From: Eledone cirrhosa
Taxonomy: Eukaryota
Assembly (NCBI GenBank): GCA_964016885.1
Contig: OZ024761.1
Coordinates: 30,938,001 to 31,002,000, forward strand
Reading direction: 5' to 3'
Length of the DNA stretch: 64,000 nt
Program-made: the position numbers and the translations under genes
Notes under the pieces: generated by a model
The model's database searches: none
The model's input: only the letters and a program-made list of their open reading frames with translations
What the model was told of the DNA's origin: nothing
Shown here: positions 1-11,256 of the stretch, piece after piece
Numbering within the stretch: position 1 is the first letter of the stretch
Layout of the letters: every line of letters begins with the position of its first letter

Positions 1-440
1 TGAGAGTTCCAGTAAAAGTACCCGTGTCTGTGGAATACTCAGCCACTCACACTTTAATACAAGACAAACATTAGCTGTGGTCCAAAAGTCCAGCTTTGTC
101 AAATACTGAATCTCCCTGAGAGTTCCAGTAAAGGTACATGTGTCTGTGGAATACTCAGCCACCCACACTATAATACAAGATAGACAATAGCTACAGTTCA
201 AAAGTCCTACTTGTCACATACCATATCAAGCTGAATCTCCCTGAGAACTCCTTTCAAGATACACGTGTCTATGGAATACTCAACCACTCACTATAATACA
301 AGATGGATTGTACCTGACATACTATCAAGTATGAAATTTGTAGAAAAATAAATAAATTTCTACAAATTTCATACTTGACGACCCAATATATCAAGCCGAA
401 TCTCCCCGAGAATTACGTGAAAGGTACACCCACATTAAGT
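1..440. repeat. Degenerate ~120-bp tandem repeat (3-4 copies)
   Basis: Recurring 'tgagagttccagtaaaggtac..gtgtctgtggaatactcagccac..acac..taatacaaga' at ~1, ~117 and ~241, with a partial copy at ~400. Confidence 0.7.
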
Positions 441-643
441 TTCAAATTGAACCTCCAATTGATCAGAGAACTGACTGACTGATCAGTGTTGAATGTGACA
501 AAGGATCAATCATTAATTCTGCAACAAATGTGTATCCATTTAATGTAAAAATGCAGTTAATTAGTATCTCATTCAATACTAACACTAATGAAATGTCATT
601 CAATACTAACACTAATGAAATGTCATTTAGAATGCAGAAAACT

Positions 644-692
<49 letters not shown>

Positions 693-844
693 TACATGAA
701 TCAAAGTTCTGTTCAAACCATTTATAAATGGTTTGAACAGAACTTTGATTCATGTAATTTCTATATAACTGCTCTGTAGAACAACTGATGTTATTACATA
801 TATTTCGGTGATGGCTGTGACCTCTTCAGGCAGTCCGAATTCGG

Positions 845-903
845 ACTGCCTGAAGAGGTAGGTCACAGCCAAAGATGGCCGTCACCGAAATATATATAGC
901 AGT
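845..903 (+). ncRNA. Penelope-type minimal hammerhead ribozyme motif within an inverted repeat
   Basis: ACTGC-CTGAAGA-GGT...ACC-GAAA-TATATA-T-A-GCAGT: stem I ACTGC/GCAGT, intact core, palindromic stem III, AATAAA at 904. A partial inverted copy lies at 791-839. Confidence 0.55.
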
Positions 904-1105
904 AATAAACGAAGCCAAATTTTAAACATTTGACTTATTTATTTTATTTTATTTTATTTTATATATATATGTGTGTATATGTATACATATATATATATAT
1001 GTGTGTGTGTATGTATTAGCTCCAAACCCATGCTAGCGTGGAAGATGGACGTTAAACGATAATGATGATGATGGATATGTGTATTTATATATATATATAT
1101 GTATA

Positions 1106-1234
<129 letters not shown>

Positions 1235-1336
1235 ATATATATATATATATATGTATATGTATATGTATATATGTATGTATATATATATATATATATGTAT
1301 ATGTATATATATATATGTATATGTATATGTATATAT

Positions 1337-2372
1337 GTGCAATAAGTAGCAGCAAATGCCCACAGAATACTAGCTCATTCCATTGCCCAGATGGTTCTAT
1401 AGAAATAGTGGACACCTTACGTTACCTGGGTGACAAAATCAGCAGTGGTGGAGGGTGCTCTGAAAGTACAGTAGCTAGAGTCAGAACAGGATGGAAAAAG
1501 TTCAGAGAGCTTATACCACTATTGGCCGCTAAAGGTTTCTCTCTAAAAATAAAAGGCAGACTGTATGATGCCTGCATACGAACAGCGATGTTACATGGCA
1601 GTGAGACATGGGCCTTGTGTGCAGAGGATCTACACAGACTGAAGAGGAACGAAGCTTGCATGCTCCATTGTATGTGTAATAGTAATATACGTGAACGGCA
1701 AAGCATAAATGAACTAAGTGAGAAATTAGGAATAAGAGGGATCAGATGCTGATTACTCGAGAGAAGACTACGTTGGTATGGTCACGTGATGCGCATGAAA
1801 GATGACAGCTGTATAAAAAAGTGCTGGGCGATCAAAATAGACGGTAGCTACGGAGTAGGCAGACCCAGAAAAACCTGGGACGACTTGACAAAATCTGACC
1901 TCACACACTTACACCTCTCCAAGACAATGTCACTGGACTGAGATCTTTGGCGCTACGTAATACAGAAGACCCGCCTTGCCTAAGTACAAAGCGAAACCTA
2001 CAGTCAGTAGGCACCTCTTAACCAAAATACACCCCCGTCCCACTACCCCTACCCCCACCGCCATCTACACCACCCCTTTCGATGTAAAGCTATGTTGGTA
2101 CCACAACATCCAGTCCTAAATAAATGAGGTCGTGTAGGTGTCACGACAGAAAAACACACAGTCCATGCTGTAATGTGGCCGTGTAGGTAACACGGTAAAA
2201 ACCTCCCAGTCCACACTGTAAACGTGGTTGGTGTTAGGAAGGGCATCCAGCCGTAGAAAACCCACCAGACAGTCCTGAGCAAGACAACCAATCTTACCTC
2301 AAGTGGGACAATTCCCGTCCAGATCCATGCTAGTGTGGAAGATGGACGTTAAACGATGATGATGATGATGAT
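1337..2372 (+). mobile_element. 5'-truncated RTE-clade LINE (RT C-terminus plus 3' UTR and (GAT)n tail)
   Basis: Translation [47 protein letters not shown]...[17 protein letters not shown], then RRLRWYGHVMRM and GRPRKTW motifs, interrupted by stops. Ends in gatgatgat. Confidence 0.85.
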
Positions 2373-2420
2373 ATATGCATATGTATATATGTATATATAT
2401 ATGTATATGTATGCATATAT

Positions 2421-3130
2421 GGAGGCACATGGCTTAGTGGTTAGAGCATTGGCCTTGCAATCGCAAGGTTGGGAGTTCAATTCTCAGTCCGAGTGATGTG
2501 TTGTTTCCTTGAGCAAGACACTTTATTTCACATTGTTCCAGTTTACTCAGCTGTAGAAATGAGATGATAGGAACTGGGGTCCATATCATTCCACTGCAAA
2601 GTGGTCGTGGAGGTGCCACGGCAAAAAAGCACCCAGCACTCACTGTAAATGAGGTTGGTGTTAGGAAGGGCATCCAGCTGTAGAAATCAAGCCAACATCA
2701 GTTCCCGTCCCACCCTTGCAAGCAGGGAAAAAGCGGACATAAAATGAAATGATGATTCATGGAGGCACATGACTTAGTCGTTAGAGCATTGGGCTTGCAA
2801 TCAAAAGGTTGTGAGTTCAATTCTCGGACCGGGTGATGTGTTGTTTCCTTGAGCAAGACACTTTATTTCACATTGCTCCAGTTTTCTCAGCTGTAGAAAT
2901 GAGATGATAGGACTGGGGTCCCTATCATTCCACTGCAAAAAAGCACCCAGCCCACACTGTAAAGTGGACGTGTAGGCGCCACGGCAAAAAAGCACCCAGC
3001 ACTCACTGTAAATGAGGTTGGTGTTAGGAAGGGCATCCAGCTGTAGAAATCAAGCCAGAATCAGTTCCCGTCCCACCCTTGCAAGCAGGGAAAAGCGGAC
3101 GTAAAATGATGATGATGATGATGATGATGA
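2421..3130 (+). mobile_element. Two tandem tRNA-derived SINEs with a CORE-like middle and an RTE-type 3' tail
   Basis: A-box TGGCTTAGTGG and B-box GAGTTCAATTC, then gtttccttgagcaagacact, then a tail (gttggtgttaggaagggcatccagc...(gat)n) shared with the adjacent LINE. Copies start at 2421 and 2761. Confidence 0.85.
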
Positions 3131-3289
3131 TATATATATAATCAATGTTTAACGACCACTTTCCCCTCTAGCATGGGTTATATATATAAAACAAAAAAAA
3201 TTAGATTCATAAATTGAATGGATGAGAATATCTGAAAAATTATAACAGCTGTAATAAATAGATCAGTGTTTCAGATATATCTGGGAATG

Positions 3290-4390
3290 TCAGATTGTGC
3301 AGTAAGCAGCTGAACTATAGTATAAATACATTAGCTGTACATAAACAGTACACAATTTAACCAAAGCTGCAGGAATGTGTATGTAAACATATACATTTAT
3401 ATATATAAACATTTCATATTTATGTATTTTGCTATAGATTGCAAAAAAAAAGAAGGCCATATCACGTTGAAAGCACCGGTTCTTGTCCGATCACCGAAGT
3501 TAAGCAACGTCGAGCCTAGTTAGTACTTAGATGAGTGACCGCTTGGGAAACATAGGTGCTATTAGCATTTCTAACAAGGGCGGTGCTCCAGCATGGCCTC
3601 AGCCGGGTGGCTGGAACAGGTAAAAGAGTAAAAGAGAACGCCCTGACCAGAGTTTTACTTGCAGTTGGAATCATCTTCAGAAGCTGTGTACATCTCTTAC
3701 AACCCACAATAAGCAGCTGAACTATACTATAAATACATTAGCTGTGCAAAAATAAAAAAATAAAAATGAAGAATGCCTTGACCAGAGTTTCACTTGTATT
3801 TGGAATTATCTTCAGAAGCTGTGTACATCTCTCACAACCCACAGTAAGCAGCTGAACTATACTATAAATATATTAGCTGTACATCTATCTATCTATCTAG
3901 GGTGGGTAAAATTCCTGAGATTGTAAATCTATCGATCGACTTTCGTCAAATCGGACCAAGGAACAATGTTTCCTTTGGATCTTTCCAATTGCTAATACTA
4001 TCTGTCAGTCGCAACTCCAGGTAGAAAGAGCAATGTGAAAGAAAGCGTCTTGCTCAAGGACATAACGCATCATCCAGTCCAGGAATCGAACTCACAACCT
4101 CCCAATTGTGAATCCAATACTCTAACCAACCAGCCACATGCCAAGCTAGCTGTACATAAACATGTCATATTTATGTATTTTGCTATAAACTGCAAAAACA
4201 AAAAAAAAAAGATGAATGCCCTGACCAGAGTTTCATTTCTATTTGGAATCATCTTCAGAAGTTGTGTACATCTCTCACAACCCAACTATACTATAAATAC
4301 ATTAGCTGTATATAAACAGTAAACAATTTAATCAAAGCTACAGGAATGTGTATGTAAATATACACATTTATATATGTAAACATGTCATCA
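3290..4390. repeat. Local tandem duplication (aagcagctgaactata...tacattagctgt...gaatgccctgaccagag units) hosting insertions
   Basis: The same motifs recur at ~3304, ~3711, ~3846 and ~4215-4380. Confidence 0.65.
3455..3567 (+). pseudogene. 5S rRNA: 5S rRNA-derived sequence (5'-truncated by about 6 nt, diverged), head of a retroposed element
   Basis: GGCCATATCACGTTGAAAGCACCGGTTCTTGTCCGATCACCGAAGTTAAGCAACGTCGAGCCTAGTTAGTACTTAGATGAGTGACCGCTTGGGAAACATAGGTGCTATTAGCA matches metazoan 5S rRNA, with substitutions in the C box. Confidence 0.9.
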
Positions 4391-4484
4391 TCGTTTAGAG
4401 TCTGTTTTCCCTATCAAGGGTTGGACAAATATATACACAGAAGCACAAACACACACACACACACACATATATATATTTATTTAT

Positions 4485-4808
4485 GGAGGCACATGGCTTA
4501 GTGGTTAGAGCACACTGGCCTTGCAATCGAAAGGTTGTGAGTTCAATTCTCAGACCAGGTGATGTGTTGAGCAAGACACTTTATTTCACATTGCTCCAGT
4601 TTACTCAGCTGTAGAAATGAGATAAGGACTGGGGTCCATATCATTCCACTGCAAAATGGTCGTGGAGGTGCCACGGCAAAAAAGCACCCAGCACTCACTG
4701 TAAATGAGGTTGGTGTTAGGAAGGGCATCCAGCTGTAGAAATCAAGCCAGAATCAGTTCCCGTCCCACCCTTGCAAGCAGGGAAAAGCGGACGTAAAATG
4801 AAATGATA
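4485..4808 (+). mobile_element. tRNA-derived SINE (same family as 2421)
   Basis: Near-identical to 2421-2755. A 5'-truncated copy follows at ~5050-5272. Confidence 0.85.
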
Positions 4809-7149
4809 ATATATATACATAAATCAGGATGAATTCACTTTGAAACTGATTAGATCATTACTCAACAGAGTACTCAATACTTGGGGCAGTAGAGTATGGT
4901 TATATTATGAAGAGTTGGGACCCTGATGACGGCTGAGCTCTTGCTGTTTCTACAACTAGTTCTAGATTGATCAGTCTGGAAATAGCTGTTGAAATGGCAA
5001 GAGCTCAGCCGTCGGGGTCCCAACTCTTTATATATATATATATATATTTCTCATTGCTCCAGTTTACTCAGCTGTAGAAATGAGATGATAAGGACTGGGG
5101 TCCATATCATTCCACTGAAAAGTGGTCGTGGAGGTGCTACGGCAAAAAAGCACCCAGGACTCACTGTAAATGAGGTTGGTGTTAGGAAGGGCATCCAGCT
5201 GTAGAAATCAAGCCAAAATCAGTTCCTGTCCCACCCTTGCAAGCAGGGAAAAGCGGACGTAAAATGATGATGACACACACACACACATCATCATTATCAT
5301 CATCATTTAGTGTCTGTTTTCCTTGATAGCAAGGGTTGGATAAATACATACACATAGACACATATAGACACACACATATATCTACATACACATATACCTA
5401 CATATGTATGTATAGTACTGTACCGCCTGATAGAATTCGTAGGGGCACCATATTGATATACAGCGATTCTTGGACACTTTAAGCCTGGCAGAGCCCATCA
5501 CTCTCCAGGCCCGAGTAGAGTAAATTTCTTCCAGAGAAAGACAGACAGCGAGAGAGAAGAATCTACCCCAGTACTAGACTGGTACTTTTTTTATCGACTT
5601 CAAAAGGATGAAAGGCAAAGTTGACCTCGGCAGGATTTGAACTCAGAGAGCAAACAGCCTGAACGAATACCATAAAGCATTCTATCTGGTGTTTTAACGA
5701 CTTTAACAATTCGCCACCTATACCAACATACACACACACACAGATGTCATCACCATCATCATGATTTTTACAACCACGTATGCATGCTTCAATAGGTTAC
5801 GGTGACTTGATTACTGAGAATTTCATTGCAAGTGATCTGAAACTTAACACTCTAGCATTTAAACTGGCTGTACCCAGTCAAAATTCTTTTACCTCTTTCT
5901 GTTCAAACTGGTATTAATTGACAGCTCATACCTACATTAAGGTATTGTTCTCGATTCATAGATTCATAGATTCGATAATATGTAAGTTCTGTGAAAATGC
6001 TAAGCTAAAGGATTTAATACTGGTCATTTTATATTTGCCACAGGGTTTTAAAAAATTGATTGTTAAACACTTGTTGGCCCCTCTCTCTCACTCTCTCTGG
6101 TTAAGGCTGGGTTGACACTTATTACGGAGACTTTATGGTTAAGGCTGGACTTACACTCACGTATACCGACTGATTCAGTTATATATTTCAATATAAATAT
6201 GCGGATATAATATCAAATTTTTGTCTGTTTATTGGGCCATTGAAACAGCTATGTCTATGATTTGAAAATCATATTGAAAATAACCAATAAATATAACAAA
6301 ACATTTAGTTTGGTGCTCTACCAATTATACCAATCCACCGCTCTCCACTGCCCTAATAATAATAATGACAGTAATAATTTGGAGTCACAACTATATTGTA
6401 TCAAACAATACTATCCTTACTGAATGGTGAACTTTGGCATTTTCAACGAGTGTGTGATGGATTGGTTGAGCCTTATGAGGTGAACTCTTTTATGTAGAGG
6501 TTTAATATGATTGGACCAAAGACTTCAGGGGACAGTGTTCTCGATATGTCTAATTCTTTGTTTCTATTTCACATTAACCCCTTTAGTTACCACATTTCAC
6601 ATATAAGTCGCTGCCTATTGTTTTCAAATTCTTTTGAAAATAATCTAGAATTTCAAGGGATTTTGTAATATAACTATCTTTCTCATTATTAAATTGGTGT
6701 CTGGAACACAGTCTAACAAAGGCTCATATATAAAATTACGGTTTGTACTTTTGGCAGAAGACCAGTAGTAATTTATAATAGAGTGAAGTGGACATTAGTG
6801 TGAGAAATAAAATTCTCACAATAACTCTTGCTTGTGTCTGAATTTGCAGTTTTGTCTAACATACAGCCATTAACAAACATGTATAAAATGGAAATACTTG
6901 ACTGATAATTTATTCTATTGACATCTGAAGGATGAAAAGCAAAGATGACCTCAGCACGATTTGAAGGTTTTAAGATAAATATAAATATATAGAGACCTAC
7001 TAAGGACATGTGGTTAGAATATCTCAGAAAAGAATCTACTGGTTGAAATTATAAGTGGCATCATATACAATATTTACAACGTGAGACCAACAAACCTTTG
7101 AAATATGGGTTTGGAGTGATTGGAGATTAGATTAAAAATTTTAAAATAT

Positions 7150-7425
7150 ACTACTCCGCATTGAGAGATCACAGTTCTAGTATTACAGAGATGTGGTTAG
7201 AATATCTCAAGAAAGAATTGCTGGACAGATTTTATGGGTGAAACCAACCAGGGGTAGACCCCGAGCAAGATGGTTGGATAATATCCATGAGCTCGGCTGG
7301 TCACGCTTAGGGATCCAGCCAGATCAGTTGGAAACTGTTGCTTCTGATAGGACCTTCTGAAAAGTGTGTCTGAGGACTCTACTCCAGTGACCTTCCCAGG
7401 AATAAGCCAGAGAAGTAGTAGTAGT
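7150..7425 (+). mobile_element. RTE-like LINE 3' fragment, second family
   Basis: gggtagaccccgagcaagatggttggataa (GRPRARWLD). Related copies at 32970-33310 (+), 12190-12690 (-) and 51640-52040 (-). Confidence 0.7.
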
Positions 7426-8269
7426 AGTATTGGAAATGGTTGCTTCTGCCTGGACCTGCTGGAAGAAGTGTTTGAGGACCCTCTCAGAAATAAGTGGACG
7501 AAGAAGATAGAGACTTTCTCTTTTGGGAGTTTGTCAACAGGATACCACTACCTTGCGTGCAGATGCATCTGGTAATGTGGTTTGGTTAGATCAGCGATCC
7601 AATCCAGGGTTTCTGTTGAAGGAGCCCCTCCCTGGTTGACCTCCACTGCTTTTGGTTTTAGTCATGTCTTCAGGGGTATAGCCGTACTCACTACGATTAG
7701 CCAATTGCAGGTTGGAGAAGCTATTTAACCCATGGTTGACTCTGAGGAGTTCATCCACCCTTTTAACAGCTCTTGTTTTTTGTGCTGCTGGGGTTCCACT
7801 TACCCTCCTCACTAGATCCGGGTCTGGTAGGGGGAGCATGTTGTACTGGGTTACATGGTGCCAGTAGCAGGCAAAAGCCTGACCTGACATCAATGATCAG
7901 TGTTTCGTTTAATGGTTGCTCCAAGACTACACCTGGCACAATATTAGTAGAGATTGTCTGCAAGATAAGTTCCAATCATAGAAAGTTGGAGAACATTTAA
8001 GTTAAAGAAACGAACAGCAATGCTTCAAATATCTATATTTAAAGCTGTTTTCTGAGTACGAAATATGTACTTATATATAAAGTGTATACCCAAGCTACTT
8101 CTTCACATCAAGAGATCGCGGCTCAGACACTACAGACATGTGGTTAGAATGTCATATAATATGAAAGATCGCCCTGTTGAAATTTACCTTAATGATGTGC
8201 AATGTAAGTGTGAGGAAAAGGCAGAGCTTGGACGAGTTGAGGGAGAAGCTGGGTTTAAAAGGAATCCGG

Positions 8270-8545
8270 GGTGGTGTGCAGAAGAAAAGATTGCGTTGGG
8301 TTGGGCATGTGATGCGCATGGGCAATGATCGTTGGGTGAAGAAGTGTTAGGAAATGCCAGTGGAAGGAAGACCTAATAGAGGTAGACCAAGAAAGACCTG
8401 GGCAGAGGTTGTGAGAGCTGACCTCAAATCACTGAGACTCACTGGGGAGATAACAAAGGATCGCGACGTGTAGAAAGATGCCGTGCTGAGAAGGACCCGT
8501 CCAATCCATGCACGCGTGGAAAAGTGGACGTTAAAACGGTGATGA
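8270..8545 (+). mobile_element. RTE LINE 3' end fragment
   Basis: RLRWVGHVMRM and RGRPRKTW motifs, with an atggacgttaaac-type tail. Confidence 0.75.
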
Positions 8546-11201
8546 GGTGAAAGTTTTACCATTGAGTAAACTTTTCAGGCTGTTGAAAATAATTTAACGA
8601 AATTGTTATATTTTCCTTTAATTTTTTTTTCTTATCTAATCTTCGTCCTTGAGAAACCATGAAATAATTTCCTCTTGTTTTTAGAAGAAATTCTTATTTA
8701 ATCCCACTAATTTGTAAGATATAAGACCGTTTCTGAGAAAACAGAAACTAAATATTTTATCTAAATGGGGTCGATAGTTAAATGATAGAACTGAATATTA
8801 TATATTTGTTTCTTTTATACTCAAAATAATATTTTTTTAAATCGCAAGCTGGTGCCAAAAAGTTGAATTGCTTCACAATTTATTATAAAACGTAAATTTC
8901 TGACAACTCGTCCTTTAAGAAATATTGAATAATTTGTCTTATTTTATCTCAGAAAGATTAGTAATATCAATTAATTAAATAATTAATTAATATCATGGCA
9001 TTACTGTACAACTTTTGTCCTATCGATTTACTTTCATTATTTTAATTTCTTTTATAACAAAGACGATCTCTTCTTTCATACTTGCCTACCATAAGGAAAA
9101 CACCCTTGATTAAGCACAAAATCTAAATAAAAATCCACGTTGGTATAATTTTTAGATACAATGCATCTAAAGTTTACATTATCTAACGTATCCTTATGTA
9201 TTATTAAAAATTAGCTATTTCTAGCAAGTCGACTGATCCCGTTGGGAGAGGGGGATTCTCTCGTTTTCAGTCTTTAATGAACGAAAGTATTCGATAATCT
9301 AACATTCTCCTAATAATACTGAAGTATATATATATATATATATATAATCTCCATTTACTGATAAATAATTGGTTTTACTTTACAGAGGAAGAAAAAACAT
9401 TTCTAACCCAAGGCACGGTGTGTTGAGTTATGTCCCTTTATCCCTACTCCCAAACAAAACTAACCGCAGAACCGTGGGGGGATAAACTATTCTGCACCCA
9501 CAAAATAAACAAATACCTGTTGTTGTTTATCTAGAGACGAGCTGGCTTACGATCCAGCTACGACTATCCTGTCATATTTATTTAAACATGGTTTAGTAAT
9601 ACTTCGGGGCGATATTAACCAGTGTTGCTTTTTGTTAGGCAGTATAGGGTTATAGTTTTGAGGGAGGTATTACATTATTTTAGTGGGTTGAGAGACTGTG
9701 GGACGTTGTATGAAAGGTGGAGAAAAGGAAGGTTTAATTAGTGACGAATGTTTTTTTAAGAAAAGAGAAGAAAATAAACAGTGGAGTAAATAATAAACAC
9801 AGATGTGAGATAGAAAGAAAGTGTGAATATATATATATATATAGATCGCAAAGACAAATATAATATTGAGAGTATATATACATATGCACACATATATTAA
9901 AGGTTTTTGCGAAAGGGGTCGGAAAGAAACCGCCGTTAGATAAGGGACTCGAGACATTAATAGAGAAAGTGTATACATATTTCGTATAGATATGACTTCA
10001 ACAGGACTAGAACTGTTTCATTCGTTTGAAATCATCGTATATATATACACACACACACGCATTTAGGTTTAGCTCTTTTACTTTCGAGCCGAGCCTTTAG
10101 AAATAGCAGCCAAATCTCCCTCAAATCACACACCGGACAGTCCTAAATTGGAATGATACGATTTAGTTGGTCCAGTCGTTTACAATACTTTCATAAGAAA
10201 TGAAGAAAAAAAAAAGGAAAGAAAAGACAGGATGGTCACATTGGAACGTCTTTGGTGTTAGGTCTGCTCTTTCGGTGTTGATCTGAGGGACTTGGGAGTG
10301 GGTTCTAAAACCCTCATATTTTGTTTAACAGCGAAAATATAAAATATATACATGTATAGCTATTATGAAACTTTTCGTAAATGAATCTAAACAACTACCC
10401 CACGAAGATCCAGCTACAGTAGTTGACGAAAATGGTAAATAGGAAGAAAAAAAAAAAGAAAACTATCTTACCTTGGTATAAAGACAAATTCAGCCACTAT
10501 CACAGCGATCTGTATATATGTATATACTACGACCGAACCACTAAATTAACGTCTTTCACTCTCTTTCATACATATACACACAGACACACACTCTCTCTTT
10601 TGTTGGTTTGTTTGTTTTAATATAATTCCTACTCCACCTTATCTTTCTCTTTATCTAAATATTCTCTCTTTAATCCCTCTTATTATCCTCACTTCATACA
10701 CTCAATCCATTCCTCTTTTTCACCCATTAACACATTCCCCGTCTCTTTCTACCAACAGGATCACGTTCAATGGCTTATATTTTCTCCTCTTTTAAAATAT
10801 TTCTGAGTGGGTTTTTTTTTTTATTCAGAAGTCACTCTATTTTACTATTTTTTGTCTATTACATATCGTTAGTAGTAGTAGTAGCTGACAGTGATAAAGG
10901 AGGTCCTTATCTTATAAATGAAGTTCGAATGTCGAATAATGGTACATTCTACCTCGAAATACGTACATCTACCTCCCACCAATCTATCTCGATCCTTTCT
11001 CTCTGTCTCTCTATCTATCACACATATACACCCACTTTCTTTCTCGTTATCTCTCTTTCTTTGTGTATATACATATATTATATATATATATATAAATCCC
11101 TATCTCCCATACACTCTTTCTTTCTCTCTATCTCCATCGCGCGCGCGCGCGCACACACATACACACACTTTCTTTGTTTCTATCTCTAATACTCACACAC
11201 A

Positions 11202-11256
<55 letters not shown>

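Noticed and set aside
2421-2495. tRNA genes
   Set aside because: A/B boxes belong to SINE heads; no complete cloverleaf.
3455-3567. Functional 5S rRNA gene
   Set aside because: Missing 5' nucleotides, C-box substitutions, solitary, and inserted with a foreign tail.
6420-6550. Possible minus-strand exon with GTAAG donor
   Set aside because: Best frame resembles a decayed RT motif (GPIILNLYI) with stops; probably a LINE remnant.
10001-10038. Hammerhead-like remnant (gatga..gaaacagttctag on minus; similar at ~26866-26890)
   Set aside because: Core incomplete and no stem I; at most a decayed PLE fragment.
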